DNA of 49,534 bases, taken from assembly GCA_044356295.1 (NCBI GenBank), contig JBIKWN010000014.1:1-49534 (forward strand), read 5' to 3'. Below are positions 29,993-38,995 of this stretch, one piece after another; the stretch's first letter is position 1; each line of letters starts with the position of its first letter. The notes beneath the pieces were generated by a model that saw only the letters and a list, made by a program, of their open reading frames with translations, was not told where the DNA came from and searched no databases. The DNA is from Bdellovibrionota bacterium (GTDB lineage: Bacteria; Bdellovibrionota_C; UBA2361; JBIKWN01). Made by a program: the position numbers and the translations under genes.

Positions 29993-31024
29993 ATGGGACG
30001 ACCTAAAAAAAGCTTAAAAAAGAATAGCGCTACCAATGAAGCTATCATTGAGGTGCTTCCCGCTATCTCTTCTGATGTTGAAGAGGATCTCTTACCAGAG
30101 CCATTAGACGCCGTTGAAGTTGTCGAACTTGAAGATTCTATTGCAGAAGATTTACAAGAAAAAGAAGAGAAGCAATATTATCCAACAAAGTATAACCCAC
30201 TTGATATCTATCTTAGAGAAGTTAGTAAGATACGACGAATTACAAAAGAAGAAGAGAAAGAGATCTCGCTAAGATATTTTCAAACAAAAGATATTGCTGC
30301 TGCTCGAACTTTAATCCAATCAAACTTATGGCTTGTTATAAGACTAGCTCGAGATTATCAAAACGCTGCACGAAATCTCTTAGACCTAATTCAAGAAGGA
30401 AATCTTGGATTAATGGAAGCTGTAAAAAACTTTGATCCTTTTCGTGAAGTACGTTTTCCCTCATACGCTACATGGTGGATTAAAGCTTATATTGTTCGTT
30501 ATTTGATTGCGAATTTTCGCATGGTTAAAATTGGAACAACACAGGCTCAAAGAAAACTATTTTTTAATTTAAAAAAAGAAAAAGAAAAACTTGAACGACA
30601 AGGTTTTTTTCCTGCACCAAAACTTCTCGCTGAAAAACTTGATGTTCGTGAAAGTGACATAATTGAAATGGAACAACGTCTCTCGAGCGGTGACATGAGT
30701 GTTGATGCACCGCTTTCAGATAATCCTGATTCAGATATGCTCTCGATTTTGCCAAATCAACAGATGTCTGCAGAAGATGTTTTGTCTGAATATCAAAGTC
30801 AGCAGAATCTCAAAGAGCACTTCGCTGAATTTGAAAAAACCTTAAATGCTAAGGAAAAGGTTATTTTTAGAGAACGTCTCCTCCAAGAGCAAAAGGCAAC
30901 CTTACATGAGTTGAGCGAAAAGCTTTTAGTCAGTAAAGAGCGTATACGCCAGATAGAAGAGCGATTGTTGGAGAAATTAAAAGATTTCCTCACCGATAAA
31001 ATCGACCCTTTGGAGATTTCTTAA
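29993..31024 (+). CDS. rpoH: RNA polymerase sigma-32 (RpoH-like) factor
   Basis: Region 2 DLIQEGNLGLM, YATWWIKA, RpoH box QRKLFFNL, region 4 VSKERIRQIE. Confidence 0.88.
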   Translation: MGRPKKSLKKNSATNEAIIEVLPAISSDVEEDLLPEPLDAVEVVELEDSIAEDLQEKEEKQYYPTKYNPLDIYLREVSKIRRITKEEEKEISLRYFQTKDIAAARTLIQSNLWLVIRLARDYQNAARNLLDLIQEGNLGLMEAVKNFDPFREVRFPSYATWWIKAYIVRYLIANFRMVKIGTTQAQRKLFFNLKKEKEKLERQGFFPAPKLLAEKLDVRESDIIEMEQRLSSGDMSVDAPLSDNPDSDMLSILPNQQMSAEDVLSEYQSQQNLKEHFAEFEKTLNAKEKVIFRERLLQEQKATLHELSEKLLVSKERIRQIEERLLEKLKDFLTDKIDPLEIS

Positions 31025-31046
31025 AAACACACGTATAATTCCCCCC

Positions 31047-31445
31047 ATGAAGCGTTTTTTCTTCCTTGCACTTTTTATCCTTGCTCTTCTCTTACTCCTT
31101 ACGTTTCAAGCTACAAAAAGTTCTGCAAGCCTCGTTTTAATCCCGTCTCAGCTTGCCGCTGGACATAAAGATATCAATCGCATCCGTGTTGCAGGAAAAG
31201 TCGCCGATAAGCCTTTTACCTATGAAACAGGTGAGCGTTTCGTTCTAAAATTTTTCCTCCGAGATCGGGACAATCCTTCAAGTGATGCTATCCCTGTTAC
31301 TTATCAAGGACTAAAACCTGATATGTTTTCAATTGATCGGGATATTATTGCAGATGGAGATTTTAAAGACGGAACACTTATCGCTACAAATCTCTTAACT
31401 CAGTGTCCTTCAAAGTACGAACCTCCAAAACCTAAACAAGATTAA
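31047..31445 (+). CDS. ccmE: Heme chaperone CcmE, CxxxY variant
   Basis: RIRVAGKV, V.Y.G..PD.F, C-terminal LLTQCPSKYE. Confidence 0.9.
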   Translation: MKRFFFLALFILALLLLLTFQATKSSASLVLIPSQLAAGHKDINRIRVAGKVADKPFTYETGERFVLKFFLRDRDNPSSDAIPVTYQGLKPDMFSIDRDIIADGDFKDGTLIATNLLTQCPSKYEPPKPKQD

Positions 31446-31468
31446 TAATTCAATAAAATAAATAGATA

Positions 31469-33391
31469 ATGAATATACTCGGAAACTTTTTTATTGCTCT
31501 CGCCCTTTTCTTTTCACTAGCCTGTTCTGTTCTTGGATTTCGTGGGGCGTACAAAAACAACTCATCTCTTCAAGAAGTAGCAAGACGCTCTGCAATTACT
31601 GCAGGAGTTTTCTGCCTTGCTGCAATCATCTTATTGGTCACACAATTTTTATTAGATGATTATCAAAACCATTATGTGTGGCAATTTTCAAACAGAGAAA
31701 TGTCGCCACTCTATAAAATGACTGCCCTATGGGGAGGCATGAATGGCTCTATGCTTTTCTGGGGAACGCTGTTGGCTATTTTCTGTAGTGCGCTTGCAAT
31801 CAAGAGTGACATTTTTCCAAGCAAGCTATTCTCTTATGCGCTACCGACACAAGCTCTCTCACAGATTTTTTTTCTTGGAACTGTATTTTTTCTGACAAAT
31901 CCTTTTGAGTGGATAAAAGCTGATTTTATTCCACCTAACGGGAATGGATTAAACCCACTCCTACAAAATCCATATATGGCAGTGCATCCACCAATGCTCT
32001 ACGCTGGTTTTACTCTTTTCTCTGTACCCTTTGCTTTTTGTACCGCTGCTCTTCTTTCTAATCGTTTAGGAAATGAATGGATCTATATCACTAGACGATG
32101 GAGCATCGCAGCTTGGATGGTACTCAGTTCAGGTATCGTACTTGGAGGCTTCTGGGCATATGTAGAGCTTGGATGGGGAGGCTTTTGGGCATGGGATCCA
32201 GTTGAGAACGCATCTTTTTTCCCATGGCTTACGGGAACAGCATTTCTTCACTCAGCATTGATTCAAGAGCGTAAGGGAATGCTAAAAACCTGGAACATTA
32301 TTCTTTTATCACTGACATACTTTCTGACAATTTTTGGAACCTTCTTAACGCGCTCTGGTATTGTGCAAAGTGTTCATGCTTTTGCCTCTACCAATGTTGG
32401 AGAAGTATTCCTCGTGTATCTAGCTCTCATGTTTATCGGCATTTCTTTTCTTATCTGGAAAAGAAGAAAAGATCTTACCTCTACCAGACAACTAGAAAGT
32501 ATTTTCTCTAGGGAATCAGCCTTTTTACTTAATAATCTTATTTTCCTCTCTATCTGCTTTGCCACGATTTGGGGGGTAATGTTCCCTGTTCTTTCAGAAG
32601 CGGTCACTGGAACGAAGCAAACAGTAAGTGCGCCATTTTTTAATCAAGTAAACATTCCTTTGTTTATGCTTATGCTTTTTTTGATGGGTACCGGAACATT
32701 AATTGCCTGGAGGAAGGCTTCTTGGAGTTCGCTCAAAAAACAGTTTTTACAACCATTTCTTTTGTCTCTCGCAGTTGCTGTCATTCTTGTCTGGGCTGGA
32801 ATAACAAGTTTTTGGGCAATTACCTCTTATTCGCTTTGTTTCTTTGTATTTATGACAATCATGGGAGAGCTTTATCGAGGGGTTAAAACTCAACAAAAAA
32901 TATTTCAAACTCATCTCAGACGTTACGCTGGATACCTTGTGCATGTGGGAGTCCTCGTAATGGTAATAGGAATTACTGCTTCAATGGCTCATAAAGTTGA
33001 AAAAGAATTTACACTCAAAAAAGGTGCTCAGATTTCAATTGGAAGATTTACTCTCTCTTTAAATGATTTCTATCAACAGCGGTTTGGTAATTATGAAGCA
33101 TTAATTGCCAATGTAAATTTGCTTCGGACCAACGATAGTGAAAAATTAGGAACCCTAGTTCCAGAAATCCGTTTTTATTCACAAAAAAATGAAACAACAA
33201 GCGAAGTAGCACTACGAGTTGGACTTCGAGAAGATGTCTATCTTGTTCTTGCTGGCATCAGCGATGATGAGCAAGAAGTCTCATTTAAACTATTCATCAA
33301 TCCACTCCAGATGTGGTTATGGGTTGGAGCAATAATCATGGTTATTGGTGGTGGATTTGTACTCTATTCAGCGAAACCTAAATCAAATTAA
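31469..33391 (+). CDS. ccmF: Cytochrome c heme lyase CcmF
   Basis: HPPMLY, WAYVELGWGGFWAWDPVEN, RSG..SVHAF, HVG, NPL..W.W. Confidence 0.96.
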   Translation: MNILGNFFIALALFFSLACSVLGFRGAYKNNSSLQEVARRSAITAGVFCLAAIILLVTQFLLDDYQNHYVWQFSNREMSPLYKMTALWGGMNGSMLFWGTLLAIFCSALAIKSDIFPSKLFSYALPTQALSQIFFLGTVFFLTNPFEWIKADFIPPNGNGLNPLLQNPYMAVHPPMLYAGFTLFSVPFAFCTAALLSNRLGNEWIYITRRWSIAAWMVLSSGIVLGGFWAYVELGWGGFWAWDPVENASFFPWLTGTAFLHSALIQERKGMLKTWNIILLSLTYFLTIFGTFLTRSGIVQSVHAFASTNVGEVFLVYLALMFIGISFLIWKRRKDLTSTRQLESIFSRESAFLLNNLIFLSICFATIWGVMFPVLSEAVTGTKQTVSAPFFNQVNIPLFMLMLFLMGTGTLIAWRKASWSSLKKQFLQPFLLSLAVAVILVWAGITSFWAITSYSLCFFVFMTIMGELYRGVKTQQKIFQTHLRRYAGYLVHVGVLVMVIGITASMAHKVEKEFTLKKGAQISIGRFTLSLNDFYQQRFGNYEALIANVNLLRTNDSEKLGTLVPEIRFYSQKNETTSEVALRVGLREDVYLVLAGISDDEQEVSFKLFINPLQMWLWVGAIIMVIGGGFVLYSAKPKSN

Positions 33392-33409
33392 TATTATCAA
33401 GTATTCACT

Positions 33410-33673
33410 ATGCTTCTCATCACCATCATCATTTTGCTCCTCACTGTTATAAGTTTGTACTACTCGTTTTATCCCATTTTTATTGAGGCACATTCTTTCG
33501 ATTCATTGACGCAAAAAGAAGACGTAAGCGAAGAACAGATATCAATTAACAATATACAAGAATCACTGACAGATCTTGAGCTTGATTTTGCACTTGAAAA
33601 AATCAGCGATTCAGATTTCCTTGAGCAACAGGATTCTTTAAAAAAAGAGCTTCATGGACGCCATTCGACTTGA
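33410..33673 (+). CDS. Small membrane protein resembling the CcmI N-terminal region
   Basis: One N-terminal TM helix, then L.DLELDF...KIS..DF pattern; position between ccmF and ccmA. Confidence 0.55.
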   Translation: MLLITIIILLLTVISLYYSFYPIFIEAHSFDSLTQKEDVSEEQISINNIQESLTDLELDFALEKISDSDFLEQQDSLKKELHGRHST

Positions 33674-34265
33674 AGCGATAACAAAACATTACGAAAAGAA
33701 TTTAGTACTCTCGAATATTTCGTGTCAGTTTCCATTTGGCACCTCCATCATCCGAGGAAAAAATGGAGTCGGCAAATCAACGTTACTAAAAATTATTGCA
33801 GGCATTGGAAATGCAGATAGTGGAAAAGTCATACTTTCTTCCAAGATAATCAACAATAGAGTCTCTTATTTTTCAAATGGCACAGGTCTCTATCCGCAGC
33901 TTAGTGTTATTGAAAATCTTTCATTTTTCTCTTCTATCTTTAATTCAGAAGATCAATCTATTGAATCTGTTCTTGAGTGTTGGGGGCTTTTAGAGTTAAA
34001 GAAAAAAACTGTATCGACACTTTCTGCAGGACAACAAGCAAAGGTAGGTATAGCAAGAAGCTTTCTTGGTAACCCCAGTGTGCTGATTTTCGATGAACCG
34101 ACTGCATTTCTTGACTCTGCGTCAGCAGAACTTTTTGAAATGGCACTCACCCATATCGATTTAAATAACCAAGTTGTCCTTATCGCGACACATGATTTAG
34201 AACGGCTTCAACATACAAAGACTGAGACCTTCGAACTTAAGGAAGGGGGTCTATGGAAGCTCTAA
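33654..34265 (+). CDS. ccmA: Heme exporter ATP-binding protein CcmA
   Basis: GKNGVGKST, LSAGQ signature, FDEP; ccm context. Confidence 0.88.
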   Translation: MDAIRLEAITKHYEKNLVLSNISCQFPFGTSIIRGKNGVGKSTLLKIIAGIGNADSGKVILSSKIINNRVSYFSNGTGLYPQLSVIENLSFFSSIFNSEDQSIESVLECWGLLELKKKTVSTLSAGQQAKVGIARSFLGNPSVLIFDEPTAFLDSASAELFEMALTHIDLNNQVVLIATHDLERLQHTKTETFELKEGGLWKL

Positions 34266-34951
34266 AACTTTTTCTGATTTTTTTCAAAAAAGACATCCTC
34301 CTTGAGTTTCGAAGGAAAGAATTTCTTATAAGTTCAGTTTCTCTCTCGGTGTTCATCGGTGTGCTGATTGGCTTTAGCTTTGCTAATGCCTTTATCAATC
34401 ACGAGCTTATTGAAAGAATTTTTCCAACTCTTTTTTGGCTTGGAGCATTTTTTATAAGTATACTTTCAATTGGTCGTTCTTATGCTTATGAAGAACGACT
34501 CAATGCACCTGTCGCTTTTCAAAATGAAAAAAATCTAGTGCAAGCCTTTTTTCTGGCAAAAGTAGTCAGTGCTATTCTTATCGTAACTTTTGCAAATATA
34601 ATTTTTCTATTAACGCTTTCTGCTCTCTTAAATATCACAACGTTGAATTTTGCTCTGTTTGGATTGCTTATTGCTCTCTATAGTATTGGTTTCTGTTCAA
34701 TAGGTATTCTTTTATCTGCCCTCACCTCCTCTTCTCAAAGCTCTGTTACGCTGTTTAGTCTTATTATTCTTCCACTACTTTTCCCCCTCTTTTTTTCTGT
34801 CTCTGAGCTCACGCATATTCTGATTCATGCTTCCCACGTCGAGGCCTTTTCCATGATTATCGCATCCCCTTGGTTAACAATGCTTGCTCTTATTGATGGT
34901 ATCTATATATTTACAACTTCAATCTTATTTCCTTCGGTTATCAAGGAATAA
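34253..34951 (+). CDS. ccmB: Heme exporter membrane protein CcmB
   Basis: KDILLEFR, six TM segments, IILPLLFP; between ccmA and ccmC. Confidence 0.85.
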   Translation: MEALKLFLIFFKKDILLEFRRKEFLISSVSLSVFIGVLIGFSFANAFINHELIERIFPTLFWLGAFFISILSIGRSYAYEERLNAPVAFQNEKNLVQAFFLAKVVSAILIVTFANIIFLLTLSALLNITTLNFALFGLLIALYSIGFCSIGILLSALTSSSQSSVTLFSLIILPLLFPLFFSVSELTHILIHASHVEAFSMIIASPWLTMLALIDGIYIFTTSILFPSVIKE

Positions 34952-34954
34952 TCT

Positions 34955-35617
34955 ATGAAACTATCTGGCAAACCATTTCTTGCACTTGCGATTCTTACGG
35001 TTGTTCTTTTGACGTATGCTCAGTATCTGATTTTTATGGTTGTCCCAAATGAACGAACTATGGGAGCAATTCAGCGAATCTTTTATTTACACGTTGGATC
35101 GGCGATGGCATCATCACTTTGCTTTGGCGTCGTTTTTATTGCAGCTATTTTCTTTTTAAGAACCAAAAAAATCTCATTCGATGCACTTTCAGTAGCTGCT
35201 GGTGAGGTCGGGTTTCTCTTTTGTACTATCGTATTAATTTCTGGAATGATTTGGGGTCATACTGCTTGGAATACTTGGTTTCGGTTTGAGCCTCGCCTTG
35301 TTACTTTTCTTTTCCTATGGTTAATCTTCTTATCGTTTGTTCTTCTAAGGCTCTTTGGAGATTCTGCTAAAATTGCTCAACATAGTGCCGTTCTTGGAAT
35401 TCTTGGGGCGATTACCGTTCCTATTATGATTTATTCGATTAAGCTTCTTCCAGCTGCTGCTCAACTTCATCCTCAAGTAATTGAAACTCAAGGGCTCAAA
35501 GACCCATCCTTTATTCTTGCGCTTAACATCACCATGATTTCAGTGATTCTTCTTGCTACTCTTTTAGTGGTAATTCGTTATAAACTAGAGGTTCTCTCAT
35601 ATGGAAAACGTTCCTGA
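34955..35617 (+). CDS. ccmC: Heme exporter / cytochrome c assembly protein CcmC
   Basis: RIFYLHV, G.IWG...WNTWFRFEPRL (divergent WWD motif), QLHP. Confidence 0.9.
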   Translation: MKLSGKPFLALAILTVVLLTYAQYLIFMVVPNERTMGAIQRIFYLHVGSAMASSLCFGVVFIAAIFFLRTKKISFDALSVAAGEVGFLFCTIVLISGMIWGHTAWNTWFRFEPRLVTFLFLWLIFLSFVLLRLFGDSAKIAQHSAVLGILGAITVPIMIYSIKLLPAAAQLHPQVIETQGLKDPSFILALNITMISVILLATLLVVIRYKLEVLSYGKRS

Positions 35618-35729
35618 TACATTTCTACAGCTTTGCGTTGCATATACAGCGTGTTGGCTGTTAATTGCTTTTTATATTTTCACACTTTCTCGACGTATTG
35701 CTCGACTTGAGCAAGAAAATCGCTCTTAA
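35601..35729 (+). CDS. ccmD: CcmD-family small membrane protein (42 aa, absent from the ORF track)
   Basis: Manual translation MENVPDTFLQLCVAYTACWLLIAFYIFTLSRRIARLEQENRS*: AY...W hydrophobic helix then basic tail; overlaps the ccmC stop. Confidence 0.8.
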   Translation: MENVPDTFLQLCVAYTACWLLIAFYIFTLSRRIARLEQENRS

Positions 35730-35739
35730 AAAGATTTGA

Positions 35740-36339
35740 ATGGCTTTTATTGTTCATCACGCAGATTTTATTAAGGGTGCAATTTACGATAAAGACTTTC
35801 CAGTACATGAAAGTATCGAGATAGCATTCCTCGGCAGATCCAATGTTGGAAAAAGTACCCTCCTCAATCGCCTTACTGGAACAAAGAAGTTAGCAAAAAC
35901 TTCAAAAACTCCTGGTCGAACCCAAGAGCTAAACTTTTTCTCTATTAAAGGGATGCTCGACGAAAAACCAGTATCGTTCGTTCTTTGCGATCTTCCTGGA
36001 TATGGATTTGCAAGAATACCGCCTGCCAAAAAGAAAATTCTCGGTGAGAGTATTTCGAAATATATCGCTACGAGAGCACCGCTGACTGTTGTTGCACTGT
36101 TGATTGATATTCGTAGAGGACCACAAGCAGAGGAACTTGCAATCCGTGACATGATCTACGGAGCCGATGCTACAGTACTACCAGTTCTGACAAAGGCAGA
36201 TAAACTCTCAAAAATGGAGATCAAGAAACAATCTGTAAAGATTGCAAACGCTCTCTCTTTGGAGCCATCAGATTTAGTTATTACTGGAACTAAATATCCT
36301 ACAGCGACTCTCTGGGCCCGACTTTTGGAGGCACGGTGA
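35740..36339 (+). CDS. engB: Ribosome biogenesis GTPase YihA/YsxC (EngB)
   Basis: GRSNVGKST, SKTPGRTQ, DLPGYG, TKADK. Confidence 0.96.
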   Translation: MAFIVHHADFIKGAIYDKDFPVHESIEIAFLGRSNVGKSTLLNRLTGTKKLAKTSKTPGRTQELNFFSIKGMLDEKPVSFVLCDLPGYGFARIPPAKKKILGESISKYIATRAPLTVVALLIDIRRGPQAEELAIRDMIYGADATVLPVLTKADKLSKMEIKKQSVKIANALSLEPSDLVITGTKYPTATLWARLLEAR

Positions 36340-36746
36340 TAGGAACTCTCAAAGAAATTTCATATGCACTCATTCTGCTTTGTCCTGTTGTGGCACTTCC
36401 ACTAACAATTTCAAAGGGAATTACAGCTCCTTGGAGACTTATTTTTTTCCTTTGGGGCGTGATGATTTTAAGTATGATTTTTGGGGTGCCAGGGAAAGCT
36501 TCAGTACTCCTTCTACTCAATGTAATGGAACTACCATCTCTACCTGATAAACAACAACTTTTTGGAATGGGTCTTATATCCTCATGGGGTTCGAGTTATC
36601 CTCTTTTTTTTATTTTAAGAAGAAGAGTCACTCTTTTTAAAGAAAACTATCTTATTCCCAATCTACTTTTTATGTTTGCCTATTTTTACGGATTACACTT
36701 GTGTTTTGCAGCGCTTGGTATTTTACTGGTAAAAACTTTTACTTAA
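36336..36746 (+). CDS. Hypothetical membrane protein
   Basis: About four hydrophobic segments; start overlaps the engB stop (GTGA). Confidence 0.6.
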   Translation: MIGTLKEISYALILLCPVVALPLTISKGITAPWRLIFFLWGVMILSMIFGVPGKASVLLLLNVMELPSLPDKQQLFGMGLISSWGSSYPLFFILRRRVTLFKENYLIPNLLFMFAYFYGLHLCFAALGILLVKTFT

Positions 36747-36759
36747 GGAACCTTTCCCT

Positions 36760-37530
36760 ATGCTTTCAGGTACTCTCGGAGAAATCCTACAGAAACTCTC
36801 TACGACACTCGACTCGTATCCACGAAAAGTACCAGGAACATTGCATCTTGATGGAGTACCTCTTCAATATGCAGATCTTCATAGCTTCTATCACCAAGCA
36901 TATCAAATTTTTGCAACGCAACTATATAACTTTGAAACGCACACAAAAGATCCTTACATCATTGATTGCGGTGCACATATAGGAATCGCAACACTTTTCT
37001 TTAAATCTCGTTATCCAACAAGCACGATTCGAGCATTCGAAGCTGATCCAAAAATTCATGGAATGTTATCAGCTAATATTCAAAATTTTGGACTTCAACA
37101 AGTCATTGCAGAGCAAAAGGCAGTCTGGATACACAATGATGGTGTGTCCTTTAGTCAGGAAAATGACGACTCTGGATCCGTGACGATGCAAACGTCACAA
37201 TCGACAGTACTCATACCATCAATTCGATTAAAAGATATTTTACTAGAAAAACCTGTCGATCTCTTAAAAGTAGATATCGAAGGCGCTGAATTTGAAACAT
37301 TTCATGATGCATCTGAAGCTTTAAAAAATGTAAAAAGAATTGTTTGCGAAGTACACCTACTTTCTCCTAATCAGAAACTGCACCCACTCTTAACCCAGCT
37401 TGATTCGCTAGGATTTAAATATGGATTATCAGATTTACATCATGCAACGTGGCTTCCTCCACACGAGGTTCCCCCACTGAGCGCAATTAAAACTGACCGA
37501 TGGTTGGTGACAGTTTTTGCTTGGAAATAG
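36760..37530 (+). CDS. FkbM family methyltransferase
   Basis: IIDCGAHIG, AFEADP, LLKVDIEGAE, EVH. Confidence 0.92.
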   Translation: MLSGTLGEILQKLSTTLDSYPRKVPGTLHLDGVPLQYADLHSFYHQAYQIFATQLYNFETHTKDPYIIDCGAHIGIATLFFKSRYPTSTIRAFEADPKIHGMLSANIQNFGLQQVIAEQKAVWIHNDGVSFSQENDDSGSVTMQTSQSTVLIPSIRLKDILLEKPVDLLKVDIEGAEFETFHDASEALKNVKRIVCEVHLLSPNQKLHPLLTQLDSLGFKYGLSDLHHATWLPPHEVPPLSAIKTDRWLVTVFAWK

Positions 37531-37623
37531 TGCTTTTTCGGCTTTTTTAAAGTATTGCTCATTTTTGTTTAACTTAGTTAAACTACCCCCAACGTAATAG
37601 GATTTTAACTTTTTCAAAAGTTA

Positions 37624-38991
37624 ATGCTTCACAGAAACTCTTCGGCGCGAGGTCTTTCTAAGGGAAGTGATGAAAACATCACTGTAAACTCTATCCCCCT
37701 AAAAGCTTTTCCTAACTACACTTTTGATTACTCTCAAGTAAACAGGGTTGTAACCGGTTTTTGGAAACTCCTCTCTGAATCATCTAACCCAATGGTGCAA
37801 AGAATTTCTAATGCTTTTAGACAGCACCACGCTATACAACGAAATACTTCCCATCATTGGAGCGTTCCACTTACCGAATTTATTTACACGGTAAGTTTTT
37901 CATCAATCGGAAGGAGTGCTTTATTTGATTTTTTAAGAACAAGCAAACTTCAGCATTCTGATATTTGTGTCTGTCCTGTAAGAAATAAAGGAGTTCTTCC
38001 GAGAGGGAGTTCTGTAATAAGAGAGCTTCGCCATATCCCTGCTCTCCTTGATAATTTTACAAGTGAAAAAGCGTATCTATGGATTAAATCGATCGCTTAT
38101 TCAGCGCTTGATGGAAATTTTCCTGATGAAGGAAATAATTGTATCAAGCTATTAACGTATAACGTTTGTGGACTTCCTACTCCGATTGGAACGATGGAAT
38201 GTAAACCTAAGCGTTTTTTTAGAATCGGGAGAGAGCTTAGAACAATTTCTGCTGATATTATCGGTCTTCAAGAAATGTGGGAATCGAGTACAGAGCTTGT
38301 GCTTAAAGCATCAAATTACCCTCATCGATTTTCAGAACTTGAAGTGGATAGATTAAGGCGGAACCTTCTCTTAGGTAGAAGTGGTTTAGCTCTCATGTCT
38401 AAGTATCCAATGACCGATTGCGAACTACTGCATTTTACTCATTCAAGTGGGCTTGAATGGATGGTACGAAAAGGTGCAATGTATTCAAGAATTCAGACAC
38501 CACAGGGCGAAGTTGACGTATACAATGTACACCTTGCCTCAGAGCCAGAGAGATTAAACAAACTTTTTGTTTCAACAAATGCCAGCAATCTCATACGAGA
38601 AAATCAGCTTCGAGAACTCCGAGACTGGATTGTAAGGAGATCAAAGCCACATATCCCCGTCTATGTTATGGGTGATTTTAACTTCACAGAAGATAACAAT
38701 CTTTACAAAAGAGCTGAACGTTACTTTGGCGAAGACCTATTTCGATTACGTTATGGGTATTCTCAGATTAGTGATTCAGAAGAGATCGAAAATGAAATTT
38801 CCGGTGCTACCTTTGATCCAAAGAATAATAAATTCGCAAGAAGCCCTAAAGGAGATTCAGAGCGTCTTGATTATGTCTGGTGCAAAGGTCGTGACAATCA
38901 TCACCACCTATACGGTGCAGAACGGGTGCTAACAGCAAATCCCTTATCTGATCATTTTGGAGTTTTAGTAACAATTAAAGAGGAAAATTAA
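37624..38991 (+). CDS. Endonuclease/exonuclease/phosphatase (EEP) family hydrolase, neutral sphingomyelinase-like, with about 170 aa N-terminal extension
   Basis: LLTYNV, GLQE, SGL..MSKYP, RKG, NVHL, MGDFN, RLDYV, SDHFG. Confidence 0.85.
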   Translation: MLHRNSSARGLSKGSDENITVNSIPLKAFPNYTFDYSQVNRVVTGFWKLLSESSNPMVQRISNAFRQHHAIQRNTSHHWSVPLTEFIYTVSFSSIGRSALFDFLRTSKLQHSDICVCPVRNKGVLPRGSSVIRELRHIPALLDNFTSEKAYLWIKSIAYSALDGNFPDEGNNCIKLLTYNVCGLPTPIGTMECKPKRFFRIGRELRTISADIIGLQEMWESSTELVLKASNYPHRFSELEVDRLRRNLLLGRSGLALMSKYPMTDCELLHFTHSSGLEWMVRKGAMYSRIQTPQGEVDVYNVHLASEPERLNKLFVSTNASNLIRENQLRELRDWIVRRSKPHIPVYVMGDFNFTEDNNLYKRAERYFGEDLFRLRYGYSQISDSEEIENEISGATFDPKNNKFARSPKGDSERLDYVWCKGRDNHHHLYGAERVLTANPLSDHFGVLVTIKEEN

Positions 38992-38995
38992 TTTT

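Noticed and set aside
37531..37623. Pho box upstream of EEP-btaAB
   Set aside because: No CTGTCAT-like direct repeats at 11-bp spacing were seen.
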